Assembly (NCBI GenBank): GCA_020536535.1
Contig: JAHLWZ010000942.1
Coordinates: forward strand, 1 to 39,982
Reading direction: 5' to 3'
Source of the DNA: Pelomyxa schiedti
Lineage: Eukaryota; Protista; Evosea
Length of the DNA: 39,982 bases
Below are positions 25,401 to 37,585 of the stretch, piece by piece. The notes below the pieces were generated by a model that did no database searches, was not told the origin of the DNA, and worked only from the letters and a program-made list of their open reading frames with translations. Numbering within the stretch: position 1 is the first letter of the stretch; every line of letters begins with the position of its first letter. The position numbers and the translations under genes are program-made.

Positions 25401-27411
25401 TAGAATTATCAGAAAGGAAAAAATTCATGGATTTCACAGTATGTAACAGCATCAAATTGTCACTTTTTAATTTCTGGTATCAGTTAGCCAACCTGGAGTT
25501 TCCAGAGTTGAATGGGCGAATGGAACTACTTAAATTTGTGTCTAGAATACTGGCAAACTTCCCAATTACAGAATTGCACAAATTCTCCCAACTTCTATTT
25601 GTCTCGTTATCGATGGCAATGAGTAACGAGTCTCACAAGTATTTCCTCTCTCGGTGACTTGAAAACCAACAAAAACCAACAGGAAGATTAAAACTTTGAT
25701 TATAGATTGTATAAAAACGCTAGTGAAGCGTATTGATAGAGACAATCTTGCACCACTGTTTAACTTGCTTCCAGTGTGGCTTGAAGATGTATCATACCAT
25801 TTCAATTTTGTTTTGTTCTCATGCAAGCCATACCACAGAAACGAAAAATTGGAATAAAGTGCACAGCAGTCCAATTATTGGGTGTCATGGTTACCAACGC
25901 AGTGGGGAAGCTTAAGGGAAAGGTTAGTGCCATTAATTTTAATCTGTCACCTAACGCGCTGTCAGATTGACACAGCAATGGATTTATTGCACCATTCCCT
26001 GGAACAAGGTCTCACTGCAAACCGAGATCAATGGGAGCTGCCCTTTTACTGTATTCGTTCCGTGGAAAGAATTGCCTACCGGCACCAGCAAGCATTCTTC
26101 GGTTTTAAGAAATCACAGGTAACGTTGGTTCATTTTTATTGGGCACTGAGATGAGAAAAGCACATTCTTTCGCTTGTTTTGGAATATGCATGTAGCTATG
26201 CAAGGCCACTGCAACTTGCTGTTTCCAAGTTTGCATCGAATATGTTTGGCTACGTTGACAGCAGCCAAATTGCTATGCAGTTGAACTCTACTGAAGTGAA
26301 ACATTCAGTTGGACCCGGCATACTGGTTTCTTTACTTTCCGATTGTGATAAACTCTTCTCTCTTATGAGAGGGTTGATTTGGCAGCTCAGTCAAACAAAA
26401 AAAGAAAACATTGACGAAGTTGAAACAATCGTTTCTACTTTGAAGCATTTGGCTCAAATATTCTATTTGTATGATCCCACAACTCTCTTGAATACTCCAA
26501 CATCTTCACCTCAACAGGTGCCCAAAAGTATCACCGGCTTACTTCAAGACACATTCACCACAGGAAAAAATCAAGTACCAAGACATGAACACAGTAGTAT
26601 GCTGTGAACGCCCACCGGGCGAGGAAAACGAGGACAACGAGATGGAAAACGAAGACGATCCAGAAGAGCATCAAGATAGCAGTGACGAAAAGGAGGAAAA
26701 TAATATTGCGGATGAAGGAAAAACTAACCTTCCTCTGATATGGCTGTTCAAGCAACTAGCGACTATCATGTGCCGTGATGAAATGGTGTCTCACACTGTC
26801 TCCCCACTTTTCTGATACACCTCACCTCTGTAACATAGAAAATCCCTCTAATGAGCTTCATTTCTGAGCTCCTATCTACAAGGACACTCGACTTGGTGGT
26901 TTTGAAGCCAGTTATAAAGCGAGTTGCAAGCATTGAAATTAGCGATAATATGAAATGCACGTACTCCCTAAAAAAAAAAAACGGGTTGCTCACCTTGTAA
27001 CAACTAGTCCACAACCAAGCCAAGCTATTATCAGAAATTATAAAGAAGGCCTCTGGGGCAAACCGCGAGTATGACAATACAATGGCAGTGGCCAAGACAA
27101 CTGTGAGACATAGAAGGAAACACGAACGCATTTCAAGACAACGCATCGCCAAGATGCCAATGCTTCCACGCGCAAAGAAAATGGCACTCAGGAAGCAGCA
27201 GTATGAAAAGCGCTGCGCTGCCAGGCAACGCAGGTTCCGCCCGTGGCACCCCGAAGACGACCTCCGTGTTGTGCACCACACAGCCCAGCGAGTTGAAGAA
27301 GATAGGAGGGTCAGAGCTGAAGCACTGGGTGTCAAACAGGCCAAGCCAATAACCAAGAGAACAGCCCAACGACTCCAAGGAACCCGTAAAAGAAAACACA
27401 CTGAAGAATAA
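16463..27411 (+). CDS. UTP20: U3 snoRNA-associated protein 20 (SSU processome HEAT-repeat protein); dozens of short introns
   Basis: FLKFADKIAQIKLD; CQSIKLLLHHKDKV; HKKDFIRQFAAESFSYLLR; ELQKKAFSCLMKWK; EHRHDLIPYLIRIL; LRSKDQEARNIARETL..LGPHYF; LANLEFPELNGR; basic C-terminal tail. Not every exon boundary was traced. Confidence 0.9.
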
Positions 27412-27550
27412 ACACCACAAAAAGCACCATCCACTCTAAAACCAACAAAAAAAAAGAAAAGAAATTTTCTTCTTTTAGGCTCTTATTTTGCACCTCTTGG
27501 CGTGAATGAGTGATATTGGGAATTCAAGTTCTGTGTTTGAGCCTTGCGTT

Positions 27551-29549
27551 CTAACTATGAAACTCCAGCCAACCTTTTATTGCTTGAGTTGCCCATTTGT
27601 TTGAACAGAGCAGTTGGCAGAGAATGTCAACAGGTATACACAGGACAACTGCTCTGCTGCTCCAGTCAAGCCTGGCACCCTCCTGTACTCGGTGTTCTTG
27701 GCGCCAGGCAATAACACCTTTATCGCGTAGGCCATGAAAGGCCTTAGTTTTGCGTTGTATTGTGAGTTCAGTTTTAGTGGGGCAATGAAAAACGAATATG
27801 GTGGAATACCAGTGTCAGTACCGAGTCTTCAAAGTAGGGCAGAGTGAAATTACGCAGCAGGTAGGCTTTCTTGTATATTGTGTGCATTTGAATGTAGCTC
27901 AGGGGTACTCCAGTTGGAGAAAGGCAGGCAGCACCTGCTAGTATGACTTCGGCCTGAGTGAACACTGCGAACCGTAAGAGACAAGTATGCACTCTATTGT
28001 AGCTTACCTTGAGCATAGTCCTCATCCCTTGTGCCAGATACAAGATATAAAGTGCTCTCAAAATGTTCTCTGGTAAGTGAAGGTCGGTCTTCAGTAACAG
28101 ACAAAACAGCCCAAATCTAAAAAAAGTTACAACCCTGGTAGTCCCTCATCTAATTGATACCATCCAGTTTATAAGGAAGTTCGCATCCCCAACAAAATAA
28201 TTTTGTGAAATCAGGGAGTACATAAGGGGATCACTCAGTAACGTCTGGGATGTGTTAACATTTGCCTGGTAGAAGAGGGAAGTACGTCAATGGCTTTGTT
28301 CCAGAAATCCATGAAAAGTGGATCTTCAAAGTGTAAAAGTTTCAATTTGCTTGAAAATAACTCCATAACATGCTGTTCTGTGAGACGTTAATAATTACCC
28401 GAAAGCTTCTCTGACAACATACGGGAGGAAATCGGAGGAATTAAGACAACACTGTGCAGTCTTGATAGTATTCTCGAGTCTAGATTACACTCTAATTGCT
28501 TTTTTGTTTTAGAATTTACTCAGCTACTAAGGTAAATTTTCAATCTCACAAGTTGGTATGTGGAAGCAACTAGGAACGCACTGCAGGGGACACTAAGGAC
28601 CCACTCCAAAGCAGTATAAATGAGTCGCTGAGCGCGGAGAAGGTATTCTTCGGTGTGCTTGATAATAATTACAATCTGCTGCTTTGGAGTTGTGCTTGAT
28701 GAGATTTCTGTGGGTGGTGTGGTTGCTGCACTAGCTTCTTGTGAAGCTGTTACTGTTGTAGAGACTGCTTCCAGAGCATCGACTCGCTGGTATCCCTAAA
28801 AAAAAAGGTGTGAAACGCAAAAACCGTAACGCAGGCAGATACCGGGGGTAAAGAAGTACTTTTAAGGCACTTGTTGATATACCTGATGGCATCATCCCCA
28901 GTTGGGTAGAGGGCAGGATGCACGACGATGACATGATTAAAATTTACACCGAGTTGCATGAGTGCTTGTTTGATGACCTACAGACTCTGAACTCACATTA
29001 TTTAATTTTATATGAAAATATGGGGAAAGTAGTCTATACCAGACTTTTTCCACAGCCAGAGGGTCCCTTAATAAGAACCCCAGCATTTTTTCCAGACAAC
29101 ACAGCTATCAGCAGTCTTTTTTTTGATGAGAATGGAAATAATAATAATAATAAAACCCCAGTGCAATAGCACACGAGAAAGAAGATATGAAAAAGAAAAG
29201 ACAAAAAGAAAAAAAAAAAAAAAAAGGGCAGCAGCTGTAATGTTACGCACTTGAAAACGTCGACCGAGTGATTGCCAACCACGCCTCCTCCAATGCAACA
29301 ATTTGAGCTAGCACCAGAGTCGTCTGGCGAGATTCGTGTCGAAGCAACATCGACGCCGCAGTTGAGCGTCTTAAGCACGGCATCCTGGCACTTCTTCACG
29401 GTGTCGTAGGGGTACTTCTTTGGTATCGCAAGAGCGCCCTTGTCGAACAACGACGGCGCAGATCTCTCTCTACGCAACTCCGCCGGGCTCTCGACATTTA
29501 CTCGCGGTTGTGATCGGTGCTTCGACTTTGGCTTGGCAACATCAGACAT
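27551..29549 (-). CDS. ORC4: Origin recognition complex subunit 4-like AAA+ / winged-helix protein (divergent)
   Basis: SGKNAGVLIKGPSGCGKSL|VIKQAL Walker A context; QRLIYTALEW; LDSRILSRL arginine-finger region; C-terminal AFHGLRDKGVI...ATQAIKGW resembling the ORC4 winged-helix end. Cdc6/Orc1 is a less likely alternative. Confidence 0.7.
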
Positions 29550-29645
29550 TTTTTTAAAAACTTTTTTCGTTCCAGGCTGTGTGGCGCAGGGGAAACACAC
29601 GCCGTTTGATTTTGTAGATAAAGTTGGTCTTAGTGAAGGAAACAT

Positions 29646-31222
29646 CTAGCCCCAGGTAGGTGGCATACCTTGGAATATTCGTTAGCTGGCCACGTTATTT
29701 CACAAAATGAAGCTTACCTCCCATTTGTCCTGGCATTCCCATTCCCATCCCCATCCCCATTCCTGGCATTCCCATTCCCATTTGGGGTTGCATACCTCCC
29801 ATTTGAGGCTGCATGCCACACATGCCCATTTGACATTGCATTCCTCCCATTGGAGGCTGCATTCCCATCTGGCATGGCATACCTCCCATTTGTGGTTGCA
29901 TTCCCGGCATTCCCATCTGGCATGACATACCTCCCATTTGTGGTTGCATACCGGGCATTCCCATTCCCATTTGTGGTTGCATTCCCATCTGGCATGGTGT
30001 ACCTCCCATTTGTGGTTGCATCCCTGGCATTCCTCCCATTTGTGGTTGAGGCGTCCCTCCCATTTGTGGTTGCATCCCTGGCATTCCCATTCCCGGCATT
30101 CCTCCTATTCTTATGTGAGTGACGAATGGGTCAAACACTGCATACCCATTCCTGGCATCCCCCCTCCCATCATTCCGTTCATCATTCCTCCCATCATGCC
30201 CATCATGTTACCCATCTGCTCCATACCCTTTCTCATTTCAGCCTTCATGTCTATCTTCCCTTCTTGCTCGAGCCGTTGAAGCATTGGGTGGACAATTCCT
30301 ATCAAAAACGGTAAGTGACGATTGTAAAATCTGAAGTACCATCGAGTTTCTGCTTCTCAGCTTGTATTTGATCCCCTGAAGCACTTGGGTTAGCATTCAA
30401 CCAGCCGACTGCGGCTTCACAAGCTTTCCTCAAAGTGGCTTTGTCTTCCTCAGTTACTTTAGCAAACATTTCACCAGCCAAACTCTGGAGCAATCCCTGT
30501 GCAAACTTTTGCATTTCTCCCTTTACCTCCTGGGCATTTGCAGACGCCTTCTGTGCTGTTTTCTGTCTTGCCTCCGCTTTTGCCTAGGCAAGATAAGAAC
30601 AAGTCGAGATTTAGTGAATTGAAGACAAAAGGAGGCGGAGTACTTCGCCGTTTCTTAATATGGCGAATAGTAATGAGATAGATCATTTCTTGTTTAATAT
30701 GCTTCATATAAGCGCTTTAACCTGTTCTGAAAGGTCCACATAACACCTGATGGTCAATTCAGATGTACCAAGGGCGGGCTTGCCACTGGGCCCTCCTTGA
30801 ATTGTGAATAACCCGGTGTCTGGTTGCATCTTTCGGCGCCAGGAGTAACTGAACTGAGCACAAAGCGACGATCCGTTCTGCACCCTGAACTTGAGGCTGA
30901 ACTCATCAGGTGCGTCGTTCCACGTGTCCAGATTGAGTGGCCACGAAACAGGGTGATTCCAGTATGGATCGAAAGTCCCTGCAGCAACAGGGGACTTCTG
31001 AGGACACCCATTCTACTCACTACATTAGACCGAGAAGGGGGGAAAAAAATAACAAAAAACAATGGTGATACTCACAATGGTGTACTCCTCAGTGAACATG
31101 CCCGCCTTTCCTCCCCATACGGAGAGTATGCAGGCCTCACAGTCCAGATTCATGTCGGACGGGTTCTGTGAGGCGTTCTGCGCGATGTGCTTTGCTGAAT
31201 GCAGGACCACCTTCAGGCTCAT
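29646..31222 (-). CDS. C2 domain + Hsp70 lid-like helical domain + Gly/Met/Gln/Pro repeat tail
   Basis: Exon 31222-31076 (MSLKVVLHSAKHI) and exon 31012-30722 (KSPVAAGTFDPYWN..LTIRC), a phase-0 intron 30721-30584, then AKVTEEDKATLRKACEAAVGWLNANPSA..AEKQKLD|GIVHPML, the repeats, and a last exon GMPPTWG*. Confidence 0.7.
29718..30108 (-). repeat. Coding tandem repeat (GMQPQMG / GMPG / PCQMG)
   Basis: Repeated cccatttgtggttgcat-like units on the + strand. Confidence 0.9.
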
Positions 31223-31466
31223 CTCTTCAGTAGGTAGTTTTCGGTTTTTTTGCGGAATTGTAGCAGGAATCTTTAAAAAGGTGACGTTAGACTCTAGAGA
31301 GTCTTCGTAGAACAACATTCCACGTGTAACAGCCAATTATAGCCTTTTTCAATTACACGGAACAGTTCGCACGTGGGTGTAATTGATTTCGTACAAAGCC
31401 ACCGATTTGTGATGACCAATCTAGGCCCAGATTGCTCGTCACAAACTTTGCTTCACAAAAGCGCAC

Positions 31467-32625
31467 TTAAGAGTTGTTGTTGTGCTCTGTGAACCACTCA
31501 ATTATTGCCTCGGCCACTTCAACCTCTTTTCCCAAGAAATTGTGGTTTGCTCCTGGAATAAGTTTCAGCTGATGCTTGGGGACCCTGTCTGCCACAAACT
31601 TGGCTTCATCCAAAGATAATACATCATCATCTGTTTACAAAGTGGTGAGGAGGAGTAGTTGTGGCTACAGAAAAATGAGAAAACCTGCTCCAAAGATTGT
31701 GAATACTTGAGCTGTGATACTGGTTAATAAATGTGACATGTCCATCGTCTTCCTCTCCTCCAGTGCTTGCCTAGTAATCTTCCATACTTTGCCATATTGT
31801 TTGTGCATCACCATTCCCCTTTCTTCTATCTCCCGCAGTTGCTCTTCTGTAAATCGCTTCTCCTTCAGGTGGGGCCCATAAATAACCCTCCCACACAAGT
31901 TCACAACCAAAGAGAACCTATCCTCCAAAGCTTCTTCATCCTCTTCACAGAGCATTAGAACTAGTATTTGATAAGAAGGCGGGGGAAAAAGAAGAAAATC
32001 TACCAGCAGAATCCAGCTTGGAATCAGCGTCGCGCGATCGCGGTGGATTCGGCACGGTCCCATCAGCAGAACAACACGACGATGCCGATGACAAGTGCGA
32101 AGAACAGCAAGTGGTTGTTGTTACACAGCTTCCGCCGTTTGCATCAGCCGCAAGGACACCGGGGGTACAACTAGAATTAACAGAACAAGTAGCACTAGCC
32201 GTAGAACCAGAAGCATAAGCATAAGTAGAAGTAGAAGAAGCGGCAGCGGCAGCCAACAGGGCCACAGTGCCGCCCTTGGAGTGTCCGACGACGAGGGCGG
32301 GGAGCAGGCCGCGCTCGCGCCTGAGCCAGCGGGCGGCCCGCAGGACGCAGCGCGCCTCGTCCGCGTACCCGGCGTAGGTGAACTCCCCGCCGCTGCGCCC
32401 GTTGCCCGGCATGTCCAGCCGCAGCGCGTTGCACGCCCCCGCCTCGGCCAGCCGCTGCGCCACCTTGGCCACGATCCCGTGGTTGCGCGTCGCGAACATC
32501 CCGTGCACCACCACCGCCGTCGCCCGCGTCCCCGACGCCGCCAGCGTCAGCGTCCCGCCCACCACCACGTCCGGCGACCCCCCTCTCCCGCGCACCGTGA
32601 TCGACACTTCCTCCTGTTGCAGCAT
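31467..32625 (-). CDS. Alpha/beta-fold serine hydrolase; 3 exons
   Basis: VVHGMF, LRLDMPGNGRSGG, GHSKG nucleophile elbow, VVNLCGR, FGADDDV (Asp) and IPGANHNF (His): complete catalytic triad. Confidence 0.9.
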
Positions 32626-32761
32626 TCGATTCGGTTCTTCGTTTATGTTTGTTCCAACTTGGTTTTTTCGGGAAAGCAGATGTGGCGAGGTGTGATGGGT
32701 TTCCCCTGCGCCACAGCAGCGTGTGTGACGCGGGGGTGGGTTGGGGTTGTGTAGCACATTC

Positions 32762-35700
32762 TTACAGGGCGCCGAGTGCGGAGAGAGCATCGAATGCGGA
32801 GAGCCTGGCGGCTTTGTCTGGGTTCATCATACCAATCATCACTTCCTTCAATGAACTTGCTGCGGCGGACTGGTCTGGTGGTGGTGGTCCTGCAGACCCT
32901 GTGGTTGTGGTTGTGGTTGTTGATGCTGGTGTTGTTGGCCGGGCTGCACTGAGCGGTTGTGGTTGTGCTGACGAGAACAACTGCACCGGGAACTCGCGGA
33001 GGAGTGTGTGGGTGTTGAACTCACTCATGTCGCGGTTCATGCCGCTGCCGATGAACTTGTGGGAGGGTGGTAGTAGCGCGTTCCAGAACGTGAGTGCCAG
33101 TGCGAACGAGTCACACTTTGAGTATGGAAACAGGAGGCCGCCGATGCCCTTTGCGGCCCTCTTGGTGAAGCCGCTGAGCTCGGGCGGGATTGTGTCTGTG
33201 TTGCCCCAAGGCGGTGCTGTGCCGGAGACCATCGTCTCCAGGTTGGAGTTGCGGCAGTACAGTGCCTCGCCAAAGTCGATCAGAGTCAACTTGCCAGTCT
33301 CGGGGTCAACAAGTATGGTATCTCCCTTGATGTCCCTATGTTTGTGTTGCTGGTTAGAGGAGATGAAGAAGGATGAACAAACAGCAAACCTGTGAACAAT
33401 GGAACAGGATTCGATGTGGCGGACGGCTTCGAGTGCTTGGACAAACAAACTCCGCGCAGCTTCACCGAGCTTCTCGTTGGAGGAAGATAAGAATGATGAC
33501 AAGGTGATTCCACCGTGGGGCATGACGATGGAGAGTGATGGATTGTTGCACATTTCCCTGAAGTGTGAGTTGTCTCGAGGTATTTTATCCACAAACTCAG
33601 CTGGGAGGCTATTGTGTTTTTTTTTTTTTTTTTGGCTTAGTGTTGGTTGATTATTCCATTTCATTAAATACCAAGGGACGACAAGGGCACGCAGGGGGTG
33701 GATCACGTTTGGGTGACTGGGAAATAACGAGAGGATAACACACTCAGTCATGTACTTCTGTTTCAGCATTGTCTGCCATGGAGTGCTCTCCCAGTTGAAC
33801 AGAATTTTCATCACCAGATCCCTCCTCCCCATTGGTGTTGCTGTGGTACACTTAAACGCGGCTGCACTTGAGCCAGTACCAAGAAGTGTATCCACCTTGA
33901 AATCAGAAACAGGTTCGGAAATGTGGAAAATGTAGCCAAGTTGTTCCTTCGTCAAGGGTTTGAGGAAAAACTCGCGGTATTCATCGAATGTGTTCTTGTT
34001 GCCAATAAGAGCACTGTGAGAGTGAGTCAGAAGAGAGGGTAAGAGATAACATTGTCTATCGTATTTACGCACCGCTTCAGTGGTAAGAAGTAACTGTCAA
34101 ATTGCCTAATGTCACCCCAGTTCCTTTTTTTTCCAGTGTAGTCCCGTGCAGAGGGTGGGAAGTCCTTGATGAAATAAAAAATGCTCACAACAATTGGGAA
34201 AACGCTCTCCTTTGGGGAAAGCTTTCCCAGTACCCGATCCACCTTGTTCAATGGAAAGGGTATCCATTTAGCCTAATGAAGAGCAAGTTCAGTCATATTG
34301 TGGCAATGTGGGTAAGGTACCTTTGCTAGTAATCTTACAAGGAAACAGGTGAATCGCAGGTGACAGCTCTCAGTGTAAGGAATGGCATAGTATGGGCTTT
34401 CTCTTGGTTTAGACAGATCAGTTTGCCAGTATGGGATAACACTAGCTAATAAACTCCGAATTATTTTGTCAAACGGGCATAGAGCTTTTGGGTCTAAGGG
34501 TGGTTAAGGGGTACAAAAAAAGTCTCTTGTGACTGTACCTGAAGAGGCAAGTACATAAAGAAGGTGAGGTAAAATTGGCGTTTGAATAATCATTTTTCGT
34601 ATGAAAATGTCAAACTCAAACTGGGGCTGTCTGGGTAGAATTTCAATGTATCTGAAACAAATTTGTTAGTTCCGATGAAGTGTGATGAAGTGTTTGAACT
34701 AACTGTTGGTCGGAAGGTGCACTACTCATTGGTTTAAGTCTGAGTAGAAGCTGCTCACAAAAAAAAGAGGGAACTGTGCTCTTTGTAGATATTATTTGCC
34801 CTGACACGTTCAACAGAACTTCCAGAAGAAGGTCAATATGTAGCATGTTTTCCTCGATTGCTGGGTCGTTTTTGAAGTTACCCATGAAGTCAATCACTGT
34901 TTTCTCCGACTCACTCCCTTGAAGGAGGGACTCTATTCCTAGTGTTATTATTGTCCACGTGAGTGAAGAGAAATACCACTGTGAGGAGGCTCAAACTTTG
35001 GCCCGATTTGATTTTGTTCCACCAAGCTGTTAAAGTTCGAAATTAAAATGGGATCTTGATATCTTATTTGTGGCAGGATCTGATTGACGGAAGGAGTAAA
35101 AGTAACCTGGTGCAACTTAAATAAGAGTCAAGGTAAGAGCAGGTTGGCAAACAAACCTGACTGGTGGTGCACGAGTCAATTTGCTTTTTCCGCAGAACAC
35201 CATGTGAGTCAACAGAAAAAACAAAATTCAGCATCATGCAGATGACAAGAGGCACAGTCACAAGCTCAGTGTCATTTTCAACAAAAGATGAGACTGTGCC
35301 AAGTAAGAAAGGATCTAGAAGCGCACCAAACTTGTGTTGACGGTTTCATCAAGAAGTTTCTCTCGGTGGCTATGAGTCCTATCAGCCAACAATTTCAAGA
35401 AAAACTCGATAACCTAAAGGTTGTTAAACAAGTTCTAAGACAGTAGGGAAAACCATATGTTGCATTTGGAATAGGATTGCTGGGTTCACAACGAATTTGA
35501 TGACGGTATTCACAAATTTCAGTGTAGATTGTTGTACACAGAGGTGGTTTTCGGCACATCCAGGGGGACAAGACGCAGAGTACTCGGGCGAATTCAGCAA
35601 AGATACAAGTGTTGGGACACAGTCTCCAGTAACAGATTCCATTTCATTTTGACTTGAAACGGAAGCAATGATATCCGCCAGAATATCAATTAGTGATGGG

Positions 35701-37585
35701 ACATTAGCACAATATTCAAGTTTTTGATGTGACAGGCTTTCGTTGATGAACGAACTGAGTTGCATTAAATTTACTACGAAAGAGAGAGGAAGAACCTTAT
35801 TAAACCAATCTGATGATTATCATATGCGTTGTACACATCTACAAACAGATGCATCATTTCAAGGGGGACTGCCTTGTTTTCTGTTGCAGTATTAAAAGTC
35901 GGTGCCCCTTCAATGGTCTTTGTTTCCACCAAGAGTCCCAGGAATTGGGAGAGAATCAACAGCATGGTATCCAAGCCTCCAAGTATGCCAATCACTTGAA
36001 GCAGATCGATTATCACTAAGATGTGCTGATTGTTATAAGTACACCATAATTCAACATTAAGGCACCTACATGTTTTTGGAGGAATAGCTAGTAAGAGTTG
36101 AAAAACTTGGTTAGAGTCGATGCAATGTTGCACAGGATAGTTGATAGCATCGGGAAGCATTTGGAGAATAGCTCGAATGAATTGCGTCATGGTGTGGGTA
36201 AGACTGAAGATAGAATTTCTTTCCTCTGCCTGGTCCTTGTTAACCGGAGTTTTAGTGCACACCATGGTTAACACAGCAATTTGAAGCTGCAACAAAATTA
36301 TGGTGTAAGACAAATGGAGCATTAGGTACCTTTCCTATCAACTCTATTATTGCCGACTTAGCGAACAGGATTTTGTTTGTATGGTCATCTTGTGGGAATC
36401 ATTAATGTTAAAACCACTGAGGGAAAAAACGAAAGATTTGGGATCTATACCTTGAGGCGGCTTTAGTACGAGGTGGAATAAAAAGAAAATGACATCAAGA
36501 GAACGTGAACCGAGCTCACCAAATCTTAGGTATAGCATATTTATGATAAGTCTGCCCATAGCACAAACAGACACTGATAGGAACAAGTAAAAGATCACGT
36601 CACGTGTTGGGCGACAATGAATGTACTTACAGTCGGCTCTGGGGACTTTTGACAAAAGAGTTTCTACAATATACTTTTGGAGTAATTCGTCCAGAAACTT
36701 AATGCACGCCTGTCGTAGTGCCGAACTTTTTATGAGCATTCGAAGAAATGTGTTTCCCTTGTCAAGTTCTCCCACTCTCTCAAGTTGTTGGCAGTTGTCA
36801 AGTTCTCCCACTCTCTCAAGTCGTTGGCAGTTCTGGAGGAGAGTTTCTCGAGCTGCACGAGTGACAGCTGTGGGAAAATGCGCCGCAATCCAGTTCAATA
36901 CTCTAAGCATGACTTTTTTGAACGGAGTCCAAAAAGAAAAGAAAAGAAAAGAAAAAGTTACCTTAGCATACCAAGGGGAAAATCAGTACTTCCTTTGCAA
37001 CGGAGATGAGTAATTAAAAACCTGGAGAGGGTGTAGGGATGTGCTTGACCAAGTAGGGCTGCTACCCATTCCAAGTCTCTGGTTAAGGTAAATTTTCGGA
37101 ATAGCCACAAAGAACAAGTGGAGGGGAATGCACATTGTGGTCGACGAGTCAAAGAGCTAATTATACATTGATCAGAACATGATGGGGGAAGAGGGAAATA
37201 AACCCACATTTAAGAACCACTCGAGCTTAAGTTTTTCAGTGTCCTCATCCAACTTGATACGACTCCAATCCACGACCACGAGCCCAGATAGTTCCTCGAC
37301 GAGTTTTCGCGTCTCCACAGAAGCGGCGCCAATCTTCTCTGTATACAACAGATCCACTTCTGCCTCGGACATGTCTTCAGGTTTCTTCTTGTCCAAAGTC
37401 CTGCTGTCGGTGTCGAGAGATCTGATCCGCGCGATCTTGTCGGCGATTTCGGGGGGCACGGCGCCGTCGTTCGCAACGACTCCCATGGGATCTGCGCTCA
37501 CACTCACATCGGCATCTCTGGTATCAATGACCACATCATCGTCGTCGTCTGCGGAAACACGGCGGTCGCAACCCACGAACATCAT
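32762..37585 (-). CDS. Large protein: helical (ARM/HEAT-like?) N-terminal region + C-terminal protein kinase domain with PINK1-like motifs
   Basis: LGTGSSAAAF, LVMKILFNW, HPNVI, HRDIKGDT, LIDFGE, GNTDTIPPE, YSKCDSF. Upstream exons splice in frame into the kinase (LLAK|AKWIP..LPLKR|ALIGN). The N-terminal exons were not all traced. Confidence 0.75.
36759..36830 (-). repeat. 36-nt tandem duplication with one mismatch, encoding NCQRLERVGELD / NCQQLERVGELD
   Basis: ttgtcaagttctcccactctctcaagt(t/c)gttggcag twice in tandem. Confidence 0.92.

Noticed and set aside
29670-30314. Hydrophobic (AYLPFVVAF), His/Trp-rich and ATTNGR repeat ORFs
   Set aside because: Alternative frames of the GMQPQMG repeat; only the Gly/Met frame fits the splice sites.
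30260-30583. Truncated Hsp70 pseudogene
   Set aside because: No NBD/SBD remnants upstream; the frame is intact and splices cleanly to the C2 exons.
32018-33395. Plus-strand ORFs 32095-32754 and 32649-33395
   Set aside because: Antisense shadows of the hydrolase and kinase exons.
33336-33680. Odd insertions in the kinase ORF (FAVCSSFF..QHKHR; YLMKW..KKKKKH)
   Set aside because: Stop-free in-frame GT-AG introns; removing them restores VHRD and normal spacing.
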